A stretch of 64,000 nucleotides of DNA, taken from NCBI GenBank assembly GCA_002269645.1, contig NIVC01000022.1:310001-374000 (forward strand), read 5' to 3'. Both the position numbers and the translations under genes were made by a program. Shown here piece by piece: positions 1-25,210 of the stretch (positions are counted from its first letter, which is position 1; every line of letters begins with the position of its first letter). This DNA is from Macrostomum lignano (Eukaryota). Below the pieces are notes generated by a model. The model searched no databases and was not told the origin of the DNA. It was given only the letters and a program-made list of their open reading frames with translations.

Positions 1-627
1 TACATCCCAAATTTTTAATATGAATTGTTATTCTACTAAATTCTATCCTGTTTTAGATCAACTATCAGATTATTTATTTTGTTATAGGTTTGGCATAATC
101 TTAAAAAAAAACTAGGTGTCAATTTGGCATTGGAGGTCTAAATCCAAGATGCTAAAATGAAAGTCAAGATGCTATGGTCCATAGTTTGGAACACTATAGT
201 ATAATGTACCCTAGAATAAAACCAATTTTTGGTGAATGCTAATTGCCAAATACATTAGGCCCTACCTTACGAAAACTTCATATTGTCAATTTTGAAATGT
301 TACTATTGGACTAGTGATTTTGATATTTAATTTCGATTAAATGAAGTTAAAATGTTATAGTAATAATTAGATTTATATTATATTTTAGTTATAATAAAAC
401 AAAAACAAAGTTTGCATTTTTGGTAAAATTTTAGATTAATACCTTGTAAAAAAACATAGAAAATAGTTTTGTATTAAATAGTTTTCAACCAAAAGCCCAA
501 AATCACTTTTTGCATATCAACATATATACCAAATTTCTTGGATATACCCCAGAAATTTCTTGCATAATATATGCCTTCTTCCTGATTATGGGCCTATAAT
601 TGTAATAGTAATATATTAATTGTAATA

Positions 628-1456
628 CGAGGGGTGTCCCAAAAGTTCCCAGAATGTCTAACGTAGCCCTTCAACAGAGCCATGAAATTTCACGCCCATG
701 GTGTCAAATGAAAGGAAATTTTGTCACAAAGAATACAAAGTTAAAATCATGTTGACATCTTCTTTTTATTCAAGAGCTACAGCAAGAAACTTGCGCAAAG
801 GTCAGGGGTAGTGTTACACAACCTCAACAATCTATGGCAATAATTTTTTCATCTCCATTTTTGGAGTTTTTCATTTTGAATTCGTGCTACTGACGTGTCA
901 GAAAGACGTGGTAGTGTCTATGGAAAAAGCAGAAATGCTCATAAAGCTAATCTGAGCGTTTGCGCGAGTGCAGATAATTTGTACCAAGCGCTTGCTTTCA
1001 ACTTGAAATTTCTTTGCAAAAATGAGTTCTCTTCAGAGCCTTGAAAGTCAGCAAAGTCAAGTTTTTGCCCTTTGGTCAGTAGGATGGAGTGGAGCCAAGA
1101 TTTCTGACCACTTATTCTCCATCCACGGTGAGAACAGCCTGAAAAAAACTGCAATTTACGGATGGTTCGAATGCTTTAGAGATGGCCAGTCTGCTGTGAA
1201 TGAATTCAAAATGAAAAACTCCAAAAATGGAGATGAAAAAATTATTGCCATAGATTGTTGAGGTTGTGTAACACTACCCCTGACCTTTACGCAAGTTTCT
1301 TGCTGTAGCTCTTGAATAAAAAAAGATATCAACATGATTTTAACTTTGTATTCTTTGTGACAAAATTTCCTTTCATTTGACACCATGGGCGTGAAATTTC
1401 ATGGCTCTGTTGAAGAGCTACGATAGACATTCCAGGAACTTTTGGGACACCCCTCG
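628..1456 (+). mobile_element. Mariner (Tc1/mariner) derived MITE with ~255-bp terminal inverted repeats and a transposase N-terminal HTH remnant
   Basis: TA|CGAGGGGTGTCCCAAAAGTT at 626-647 and AACTTTTGGGACACCCCTCG|TA ending at 1456-1458. 628-883 is the near-perfect reverse complement of 1202-1456. The internal ORF 1022-1200 (KISDHLFSIHGENSLKKTAIYGWFECFRDGQSAVNE) resembles the mariner transposase first HTH. Confidence 0.9.
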
Positions 1457-2800
1457 TATATTAACTTTAGGTTTTTAACTTAATATTTTTAAACTGAAGC
1501 AATTATTTCAACTTTTTTACATTATATTGGTTTACTTGTTTAATTTCATTAGTCAAATAAATTTGCTACTATTTAGCTAGCAGTCCTGCAGTACTACTGA
1601 TCAAATAAGCTCATTTATATCATTATTTAGCTGGATATAGTTATTTATTTGAGATAATTAAACTTAATATAAAATGATAATTATAACACATTGATTTAAT
1701 AAAGTTATAAATTATGACTTGTCTTTTAGTTTGCTTAATTGTATCTAGATTTTAAAATATTCAAGAAATTATTTAACCATTGCTTTGTTTAAAACTCTTA
1801 GCCCTAATGATTTTATTATAAATAATATATAAATTTTATATTTTAAAATTAGTGACAATCTTATTTGATTGACAGTAGAGCAAGACAACTAACTAGCTGA
1901 CTACTACTAACTAAACCACTGGTGGGGTGCAGTTCATGCTAAGAGGTAAGGTAAGGTTATATACAAGTGCCACAGGATAGGCAAGCAAAAAAGTAAGCTG
2001 CAACTAGCAATAGACAATAGCTCAAGAGCTAAGGCATAGGAGGCTATTGATCAGCCACTTCTAGTAAATGCAGCAACTTAACTGCTAGTAAATGGAAATG
2101 GTTGTGGGCATAGTTGCAAAGCTATAGGATCTTTTTATAGTTACAGATAAGACTATAGTAACTTTTTGTGGATATAGATAAGGTTATAATAACTTTTTGT
2201 AGATATGAATATGGATATAGGAACTTTTTGGATATAGTGGAACTCTAATCTATTATAATCTGAATTAATTTAAGGCTTTCTATAAAGTTTAAAGATTAAA
2301 AGAATAAAATAAAGTATTCTATAATTTTTTATAAGTATAACCAGTATCAATGAAAAAATAACTTTTTGTATGAACAGTTGAATAACAAATGTAAATTAAT
2401 AACCATCTTATAAAATTATTGTGAATAAAAATTTAAGTAGTTTACATAAGCATGATTATAAATGCAAATTTTCCATTAAAATACCAGTAATTTGACCATT
2501 TCTTATGTAAAAAGAAAGACACTTTAATAAAGTTTTGTCTACTTAGTTTTCAGTAGTATGTAAAGGATTATATGACTAAAATCTAGTACATTGATTCCAA
2601 TCTTGCGATTGGGATGCAAAGCAGCCTACCTTGCCATTGGCTAACGGATTTAGAGGGGGAGAGGTGACTGCGGTTAGACATGCACTGACAGAGCAGGTCT
2701 AGAATTTATAAAAGTAGACAAATGGACTGAGGTTCTGGTAATTCGTCTCCTACTTGTCTTTTGCATCTAAATGGGAGCTGCTGCTTGATTTTGTTGCCAA

Positions 2801-2963
2801 ATGTCTCTGTCTTATATCACTCGTCAACAACTGTTGACTGACAGCTCAACTGCTTCAGCGGCTACTATGTACAACAAGATTAGGAACGATGTTATTTATG
2901 AAGAAGAGCTTGATAATTTCACTGAATCCATTTTGACCTTGCCCGTGTCTGTTAGTCTGCCAG
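2801..2963 (+). CDS. Probable upstream/alternative first coding exon of the MAP7-like gene
   Basis: ATG at 2801 and a strong donor CAG|GTAAGA at 2963/2964 (phase 1). Splicing to the acceptor at 4200/4201 (cag|ccATG) is in frame with the rest of the gene. Confidence 0.5.
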
Positions 2964-3019
2964 GTAAGAATTGCCAATTCCTTCTCAGATCTCAGTTAAA
3001 TCTGTAGACTATCTATCAA

Positions 3020-3390
3020 GCAATTGGTCTGTAGACTGTCAATCGACTTTCTGTAGACTGTCTGTAGACTGTCTGTAGACTGTCAATCGACTTTCTGTAT
3101 ACTTTAGACTGTCTGTAGGCTGTCTGTAGACTGTCTGCAAACTGTCAACCGGCTTTCTGTAGACCGTCTGTAGACTTTCAATCGACTGTCTGTAGGCTGT
3201 TTGTAGACGTCTGTAGACTTTCAATCGACTGTCTGTAGACCGTCAATCAACTGCCTGCCGACTGACAGTCGACTTTCTGTAGACTTTTAAATGACTATAG
3301 ACTGTCTAACAACTGTCTGTAGACTGTTTGTAGACTGCCTGTAGGGTGTCGCCTGTCAAACGGCTGCCTGTTTTAGACTGTCAATCAATC
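3020..3390. repeat. Degenerate minisatellite (CTGTAGACTGT-based)
   Basis: Repeated ctgtagactgt / gtcaatcgact motifs. Confidence 0.8.
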
Positions 3391-4202
3391 AGTCAATGAG
3401 GGGCTGTCAAACTCCCATTCTCAAGGCGCCTTCAAGACACACGGCAAAACAACTCTTAGTACAAGTCAAGTTCAGACGGCAAAGTCATCGGGTGATTGGC
3501 GAGGCCAAGGCCCCCAAGTCGGTCCCAATAGTTGCTCGCTCGTACACGGCTCACCCCAATTTTGCTTACCCCCCCCCCCACAGCCAGCTACGAAATGTAG
3601 ATTTTTTTCTCACTTCACTTCCTTGTTCCTCACTCGCTTGAGTGCAGATTTCCACTCTGGTGCCGGTCGCCGGGTGCAAGGGCGGCGTGCGGTGTTACAA
3701 ATTCTTGCGAGCGGTCTGGGGATTGGCTTGTAGCTTAAACAGCGGTAGGGATATGGGGAGATGCAAGCGAATGAGAGAGCACTGTTGAGTTGAAACCGGT
3801 TGGCAGGTAGCTAGCCCAGCCCTCTGAGTCACATTTTGTTTGCGCGGAGGCCCTGGGGGGTAGGGTGTCTGGTCTGTTCTATACTTGGCTTGCCGGCTAT
3901 GGGGTGAGGGGAGCCCATTGTTGTTTGGCCTTCCCCGTGCCTTGCCTCGCTATCCATTCTTTTCTCCTCTTCTCGCCTCATTTTCTCCCATCGATGCGTT
4001 CAGCCGGGCATTGAGTTTCTCCCCTGACTGCTACTTGAAGCTGACATTTAGCTGGAATTCGCATAGCCAATGCATTTTGCAATATGTATGTATGTCAAAT
4101 AGATAGGGCGCTAACTAATTAGCTGACAAGGCATTTTCAGCCATAGTAGTTTTGCTCATTAGTGCGCATCTGTAAATTCCCCGCATGCAAACTCCTGCAG
4201 CC

Positions 4203-17823
<13,621 letters not shown>

Positions 17824-17884
17824 CACTGCTGACTGTCGCTTGTGCTCGCTTGCCGTATTTAGTCGATTGTATCACCGGCACGAA

Positions 17885-18475
17885 GTATCGCTAGTCTGTG
17901 TCTATCGGGCAGGAATAGAATGGATTGCTAGTCTGTGTCTATCGGGCATGAATAGAATGGATTGCTAGTTTGTGTCTATCGGGCAGGTATAGAATGGATT
18001 GCTAGTCTGTGTCTATCGGGCATGAATAGAATGGATTGCTAGTCTGTGTCTTTCGGGCAGGAATAGAGTGGATTGCTAGTCTGTGTCTATCGGGCAGGAA
18101 TAGAATGGATTGCTAGTCTGTGTCTATCGGGCAGGAATAGAATGGATTGCTAGTCTGTGTCTATCGGGCAGGAATAGAATGGATTGCTAGTCTGTGTCTA
18201 TCGGGCAGGAATAGAATGGATTGCTAGTCTGTGTCTATCGGGCAGGAATAGAGTGGATTGCTAGTCTGTGTCTATCGGGCATGAATAGAGTGGATTGCTA
18301 GTCTGTGTCTATCGGGTAGGAAAAGAATGGATTGCTAGTCTGTGTCTATCGGGCAGGAATAGAATGGATTGCTAGTCTGTGTCTATCGGGCATGAATATA
18401 GTGGATTGCTAGTCTGTGTCTATCGGGCAGGAATAGAGTGGATTGCTAGTCTGTGTCTAAATGGATTGCTAGACT
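17885..18475. repeat. 37-bp minisatellite (CTAGTCTGTGTCTATCGGGCAGGAATAGAATGGATTG)
   Basis: About 16 head-to-tail copies without spacers, just 3' of the MAP7 stop. Confidence 0.95.
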
Positions 18476-19529
18476 GGTTTATTTCCACTGTTGCCACCTT
18501 CGCTGCCAGTTGACCCCGGCTGTTCTCATTGTTGTCATTGCAATTTCGGCCAGTTTAAAGTTAGCAGTAGTATGTAGCGGTTAACGATCTGCATTCGCAA
18601 GATTTTACTGCATTCAGTCTGATTCGAACCGAGCTGAATAGAAGCTTCTGCTTCGTTACGCGATCTCATTGCTTCTAGGAGACGAGCTTCCAAGCTTAAA
18701 TTAGCCGCGTCTATAGTTAATGATGCGTTGGAGCTGCAGCAGTGCAGTCTGTGCCCGCACCCAGTTTAGTCAGAAACAGCTCGCTGCTTTTCTAATCTTA
18801 TTTACAAACAATATGTGTATTATGAGCTGCGTATATTGTGATTTCAGCTGTGTTAACTTTTTACTACTGATGGATTTTTGTGGGGAATTTTCGATATATA
18901 AATATTTTTAAATTCCTCTCTAGACTTTCGGTTGAATTTAAAAGCTGTATTAGAGAGAATTATGATTTATTATTCATAGATGACATGTTTCCGATTTACC
19001 CCCTCCAATCGCCGCACTTTCGCCCAGCACCTCTTTCGCCTTTTTTTGTCTTTAGAAAGAACTTTTTTGCCTGTTCATTTCTGTGATCGATTCTTATTTA
19101 TTTCATATTAGTGTTCTCCGGCGTCACTTTTCCATTTAATTGACCCATTACTATATATTACTATTAGTAGTAGTGTGTCTTATATTTGCTTGCACAGCCC
19201 GGCTGTTTGCTACTGGGCGGCTCATCAGCATTGCTCGCTTATTAATAATTGTATCTAATTATATATTATAAAAAATGCTGAGCATTTCGTGTGCCTCTTT
19301 ATGCTAGCTAGAGAGTTGTCTGCTCATGGTGTGCTCACGCCCATTCTGGTCTGCCGCCCTGCCACCCCCCCCCCTGAACTGTCAATCAGACGTTGCTTCT
19401 CGGACCTCTTCGATTTTTTGTTTTTTAAGGCCTGCGCATCTGCTGTCAGTAGGCGGCTGTCTGGTCGGATCGCTGCGTTTCTTATGTACTTTTATTCTTG
19501 GCTCATTTTGCTTATGCCCATTCATCACA

Positions 19530-19609
19530 GCCGGCTCTGTGTCTGTGTGTCTGTCTGTCTGTATGTCTGTCTGTCTGTCTGTCAGTCTGTCTGTCTGTCT
19601 GTCTGTCTA

Positions 19610-19640
<31 letters not shown>

Positions 19641-19716
19641 GTCTATCTGTCTGTCTGTCTGTCTTAGTGTCTTAGTGTCTGTCTTAGTGTCTTAGTGTCT
19701 TAGTGTCTTAGTGTCG

Positions 19717-19796
<80 letters not shown>

Positions 19797-19799
19797 GCC

Positions 19800-19858
<59 letters not shown>

Positions 19859-19930
19859 GTGTCTGTTTATCTGTCTGTCTGTCTTAGTTTGTCTGTCTGT
19901 CTGCCTGTCTGTTTGTCTGCCTCAGTGTCT
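19530..19930. repeat. (CTGT)n microsatellite with CTTAGTGT interruptions
   Basis: Direct reading. Confidence 0.95.
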
Positions 19931-20824
19931 GTCTGCCTGTCCCAGTGTATGTCAATCCAACTCTTCAACCTGCGCAGAGCAGTGTGCAGAGCGCTGTGTC
20001 TCTCTGCTGCAGTTCCCAGTCTCTCAATCGGTCGATCGCGTCTTTCATGCCCAGTCAGATTCCCATGCGGTTGCGCAGTCAGTTTCTATCGAGCCCTGTC
20101 TGGGATGCAAATTGTTAGTGTATTTAGCCAGACTTTGTCCTTGTTGAGGGACAAACTGGCTCCTTTGTGTTCTTGCGCTGTCGCAGTTTTGTTATATCTA
20201 TTTGTTTTTCCCAACGCTATTTACCTGATGACCAGTGATAGCTGCGATATTCGCTCACAATTATTCTCAAGTCCTGCCAGTTCGCTTCAAATGCAAGTTT
20301 AGTAGAGTCTGCAGTTTGCACCAAACAGCTGGCCTTTGATCTGTACTGTAATTTCAGGCATAGCTGCAGTGCTGGGGCTGGTCAGGCTTAGTGGGTGTAT
20401 TTGGCTTTCTCTCTACCTGCCTACTATATTATCCTCATCATGAAAATCGTGCTGTGTCGGCTAACTTCAGCTTTGCTTAATTGCTTTATTGTGCTTTAAT
20501 AACGTATTAGTTATCACCCTTGTTTACTGTTTGTTTGTTTACTTGCTTGTTGTCCCGCGTTATAATTGGCTGCCAACTTTCTATTACTAAACACAGTAGT
20601 ATAATAATACTTATAGTAGTGATAAATAGTATATGCACCAGAGCCAGCCTGCTAGTGCGCGCCTCTGGTTACAGGGGTGTCCGGCTTTGCGTCTTACGAA
20701 ATCAGAAATATAAATAAATAAACAAATTTGCTATTCATTCAGCTGCCATCTCTTACTACTGCTTGCACTTTATGTCTGCTTTTCACCTCTGTTCGCCAAT
20801 CCTGCTGAAGAGATTTCAACGGTA

Positions 20825-21530
20825 GACTGTTAAGGGAGACAGGGAGACTGTTGGGTAGACACGGAGACTGTTGGGTAAACAGGGAGACTGTTGGGTAGAC
20901 ACGGAGACTGTTGGGTAGACACGGAGACTGTTAGGTAGATATGGAAGTTGCTGGGTAGAGAGAGAGGTTGTTGGGTAAACAGTGAGACTGTTGAATAGAC
21001 AGGGAGACTGTTAAGTAGACAGGGGAAATGTTAAGTAGGCAGGGAGACTGTTGGGTAGACACGGAGACTGTTAGGTAGATATGGAAGTTGCTGAGTAGAG
21101 AGAGAGGTTGTTGGGTAAACAGTGAGACTGTTGAATAGACAGGGAGGCTGTTAAGTAGACAGGGGAAATGTTGAGTAGTCAGGGAGACTGTTGAGTAGAC
21201 AGGGACTGTTGAGTAGACAGGAACTGTTAAGTAGACAGGGAAACTGTTAAGTAGACCGGGAAAATGTTGAGTAGGCAGGGAGACTGTTGGGTGGACACGG
21301 ATACTGTTAGGTAGACAGGGTGACAGACACGGGATAGCAGGGTGACAGACACAGGATAGCAGGGTGACAGACACAGGATAGCAGGGTGACAGACACATGA
21401 TAGCAGGGTCACAGACACAGGATAGCAGGGTGACAGACACAGGATAGCAGGGTGACAGACACAGGATAGCAGGGTGACAGACACAGGATAGCAGGGTGAC
21501 AGACACAGGATAGCAGGGTGACAGACACAT
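20825..21530. repeat. Two abutting minisatellites (~21-bp GAGACTGTTGGGTAGACA-type, then 22-bp GGGTGACAGACACAGGATAGCA)
   Basis: Direct tandem copies upstream of KRTCAP2. Confidence 0.9.
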
Positions 21531-21651
21531 TGACAGATATATGAACAGACAGGATCAGTGAGTTAACAGACCAGGTACAGCAGGTATTTCCCAAATCCCT
21601 ACTCAGCCATTCGAATCCCCTGTTCATGCAAGTGCACTCTCAGCGCACTCG

Positions 21652-22071
21652 ATGGCCATCTCCGCCGCAGCGTCCTGCTTGTTCTCCAGCCTGTTCTCCC
21701 TGCTGCTGTTCGCCGGCATGCAGCTGTTCAAGGCCCAGCTAGCCGACAGCAAGCTCGGCACCATTCTTGGCGGCGGCCTTGGCTCCCTGCTATTCATCCT
21801 GCTGCTCACGGCTGTGAATAACTTTGAGAACGCCTTCATTCAGCGCGGATTCCAGTCCCAGCTGTTCCCGGAGGTGGTTGGCAGCCTCGTGCTGGCCTGC
21901 ATCGCCTCTGGCATGGTGCACCGGGTCTGCATCACCACCTGCTTTATCTTCTCGCTGGTGGCTCTGTACTATGTCAACAGCCTGTCGCAGAAGATCTACG
22001 CTGCCCCCGTTGAAGCCGCCGCCGCTGCCGCCCTCGCCAGCGCCAATTCCAACAAAAAGAAGCGAAAGTAG
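21652..22071 (+). CDS. KRTCAP2: Keratinocyte-associated protein 2 (OST complex subunit KCP2), 139 aa, intronless
   Basis: Recognisable motifs SLLLFAGMQ, GGxLGSxLF, NNFEN...GFQ..LFPE, HRVCITTCFIFS..LYY.N, and a C-terminal KKKRK ER-retrieval-like end. Confidence 0.95.
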   Translation: MAISAAASCLFSSLFSLLLFAGMQLFKAQLADSKLGTILGGGLGSLLFILLLTAVNNFENAFIQRGFQSQLFPEVVGSLVLACIASGMVHRVCITTCFIFSLVALYYVNSLSQKIYAAPVEAAAAAALASANSNKKKRK

Positions 22072-22139
22072 ACATTTGACCTTCTTTGTCCGGGTTGACT
22101 AGGGGCGGTTGGGTAGTTTATTGGTCTTATCTGGATGGT

Positions 22140-23632
22140 CTGACAGGTGTGTCTCATCTACGGTCTGCCACATGTGTCTCATCTATGGTCTGACACGTGT
22201 GTCTCATCTATGGTCTGACAGATGTGTCTCATCTATGGTCTGACAGATGTGTCTCATCTATGGTCTGACAGATGTGTCTCATCTATGGTCTGACAGATGT
22301 GTCTCATCTATGGTCTGACACATGTGTCTCATCAATGGTCTGACACGTGTCTCATCTATGGTCTGACACATGTGTCTCATCTATGGTCTGACACATGTGT
22401 CTCATCTATGGTCTGACACACGTGTCTCATCTATGGTCTGACACATGTGTCTCATCTATGGTCTGACAGATGTGTCTTATCTATGGTCTGACAGATGTGT
22501 CTCATCTATGGTCTGACAGATGTGTCTCATCTATGGTCTGACAGATGTGTCTCATCTATGGTCTGCCACATGTGTCTCATCTATGGTCTGACACATGTGT
22601 CTCATCTATGGTCTGACACATGTGTCTCATCTATGGTCTGACAGATGTGTCTTATCTATGGTCTGACACATGTGTCTCATCTATGGTCTGACAGATGTGT
22701 CTCATCTATGGTCTGACAGATGTGTCTCATCTATGGTCTGACACATGTGTCTCATCTATGGTCTGACACATGTGTCTCATCTATGGTCTGACAGATGTGT
22801 CTTATCTATGGTCTGACAGATGTGTCTCATCTATGGTCTGACAGATGTGTCTCATCTATGGTCTGACAGATGTGTCTCATCTATGGTCTGCCACATGTGT
22901 CTCATCTATGGTCTGACACATGTGTCTCATCTATGGTCTGACACATGTGTCTCATCTATGGTCTGACAGATGTGTCTTATCTATGGTCTGACAGATGTGT
23001 CTCATCTACGGTCTGACAGATGTGTCTCATCTATGGTCTGACAGATGTGTCTCATCTATGGTCTGACAGATGTGTCTCATCTATGGTCTGACAGATGTGT
23101 CTCATCTATGGTCTGACAGATGTGTCTTATCTATGGTCTGACAGATGTGTCTCATCTATGGTCTGACAGATGTGTCTCATCTATGGTCTGACACATGTGT
23201 CTCATCTATGGTCTGACAGATGTGTCTCATCTATGGTCTGACACGTGTCTCATCTATGGTCTGCCACATGTGTCTCATCTATGGTCTGACACATGTGTCT
23301 CATCTATGGTCTGACACATGTGTCTCATCTATGGTCTGACAGATGTGTCTTATCTATGGTCTGACAGATGTGTCTCATCTACGGTCTGACAGATGTGTCT
23401 CATCTATGGTCTGACAGATGTGTCTCATCTATGGTCTGACAGATGTGTCTCATCTATGGTCTGACAGATGTGTCTCATCTATGGTCTGACAGATGTGTCT
23501 CATCTATGGTCTGACAGATGTGTCTCATCTATGGTCTGACAGATGTGTCTCATCTATGGTCTGACACATGTGTCTCATCTATGGTCTGACACATGTGTCT
23601 CATCTATGGTCTGACAGATGTGTCTCATCTGT
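22140..23632. repeat. 25-bp minisatellite (GTGTCTCATCTATGGTCTGACAGAT), ~60 copies
   Basis: Direct tandem copies beginning ~70 nt after the KRTCAP2 stop. Confidence 0.97.
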
Positions 23633-24294
23633 AGCATTATTATCCTCTATAGATATGTCTGATCCGGATACAGAGTTCAGCTATTGTACAACAGTTAAGA
23701 TAATTCTCATACGAGTTCTGTCTATGAGTTTGGAAATTACTCTGATCTATATATGAATCAAATTAGGCGTTCAACATAATTAATTATCGCTGTTTTGCTT
23801 CATTATCACTAATCCCATTTCTAAATTTATAAAATTAGAATTCTTTATTCCTGAACAAATTAGCTAATGGTTATTTAGTTATTAGTAGTCTAAAATGGGA
23901 TATTTTCAAACGAAATAAACAAATTATAAATTTGAATCGATGAATGCCGAAACGTGCCAATTCTAATGCCGGCTGCCTCACCCTTGCTTAGCGTGAGCCT
24001 TGGTTTCGGTTAACTCGCACTGAATTTTCATCTGGCTGGCTTGAGACCGAGTTTCCTTATCTGGTGTCGGGTGTGCCTAATTTATTATTAGTCATTTCTG
24101 CTTTACTCTTGTCAAGTTTTGTCTGCTATAATACCATTAGCTAGTTTTTGTGTGTGAGGCTTTTTCGGTTCATTTTATTTGGCTAGCTATCGTATAACTA
24201 AATATAAAGCATTCTAGGATTTTTGGCAAAGAAATTGTTTTAATTCTTCTATTTTGTAAGCCATAAAGACTTCTAGTCAGGCTTGCCAACCACT

Positions 24295-25122
24295 ATCCCA
24301 GATCCTCAGACTGAGCAGCCAGCCTCCCAGATCCTCAGACTGAGCAGCCAGCCTCCCAGATCCTCAGACTGAGCAGCCAGCCTCCCAGATCCTCAGACTG
24401 AGTAGCCAGCCTCCCAGATCATCAGTTGCTGAGCCAGCCTCCCAGATCCTCAGTTGCTGAGCCAGCCTCCCAGATCCTCAGTTGCTGTGCCAGCCTCCCA
24501 GATCCTCAGTTGCTGAGCCAGCCTCCCAGATCCTCAGTTGCTGAGCCAGCCTCCCAGAGTGTCAGTTGCTGGGCCAGCCTCCCAGAGTGTCAGTTGCTGG
24601 GCCAGCCTCCCAGATCCTCAATTGCTGGGCCAGCCTCCCAGAGTGTCAGTTGCTGGGCCAGCCTCCCAGAGTGTCAGTTGCTGGGCCAGCCTCCCAGAGT
24701 GTCAGTTGCTTTGCCAGCCTACCAGAGTGTCAGTTGCTGGGCCAGCCTCCCAGATCCTCAGTTGCTGAGCCAGCCTCCCAGATCCTCAGTTGCTGAGCCA
24801 GCCTCCCAGATCCCCAGTTGCTGAGCCAGCCTCCCAGATCCTCAGCTGCTGAGCCAGCCTCCCAGATCCTCAGTTGCTGGGCCAGCCTCCCAGATCCTCA
24901 GTTGCTGAGCCAGCCTCCCAGATCCTCAGTTGCTGACCCAGCCTCTCAGATCCTCAGCTGCTGAGCCAGCCTCCCAGATCCTCAGTTGCTGGGCCAGCCT
25001 CCCAGATCCTCAGTTGCTGAGCCAGCCTCCCAGATCCTCAGTTGCTGACCCAGCCTCTCAGATCCTCAGCTGCTGAGCCAGCCTCCCAGATCCTCAGTTG
25101 CTGAGCCAGCCTCCCAGATCCT
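24295..25122. repeat. 28-bp minisatellite (GCCAGCCTCCCAGATCCTCAGTTGCTGA)
   Basis: About 29 copies ending ~90 nt before the PCCB ATG. Confidence 0.95.
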
Positions 25123-25210
25123 GTCCTCCCTCCCCGCCGCTCTGAGCCCTACAAAAGTGCATGCAGCGCACAGCCAATGCGTCGAGTTTCCAACGCCCAT
25201 TTATGCCAAA

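Noticed and set aside
3396-4106. Short ORFs in a GC-richer intronic patch
   Set aside because: No domain similarity or splice support that I can identify.
23935-23965. CGATGAATGCCGAAACGTG, a hammerhead-like word
   Set aside because: No stem II can form between the GATGA and GAAA segments.
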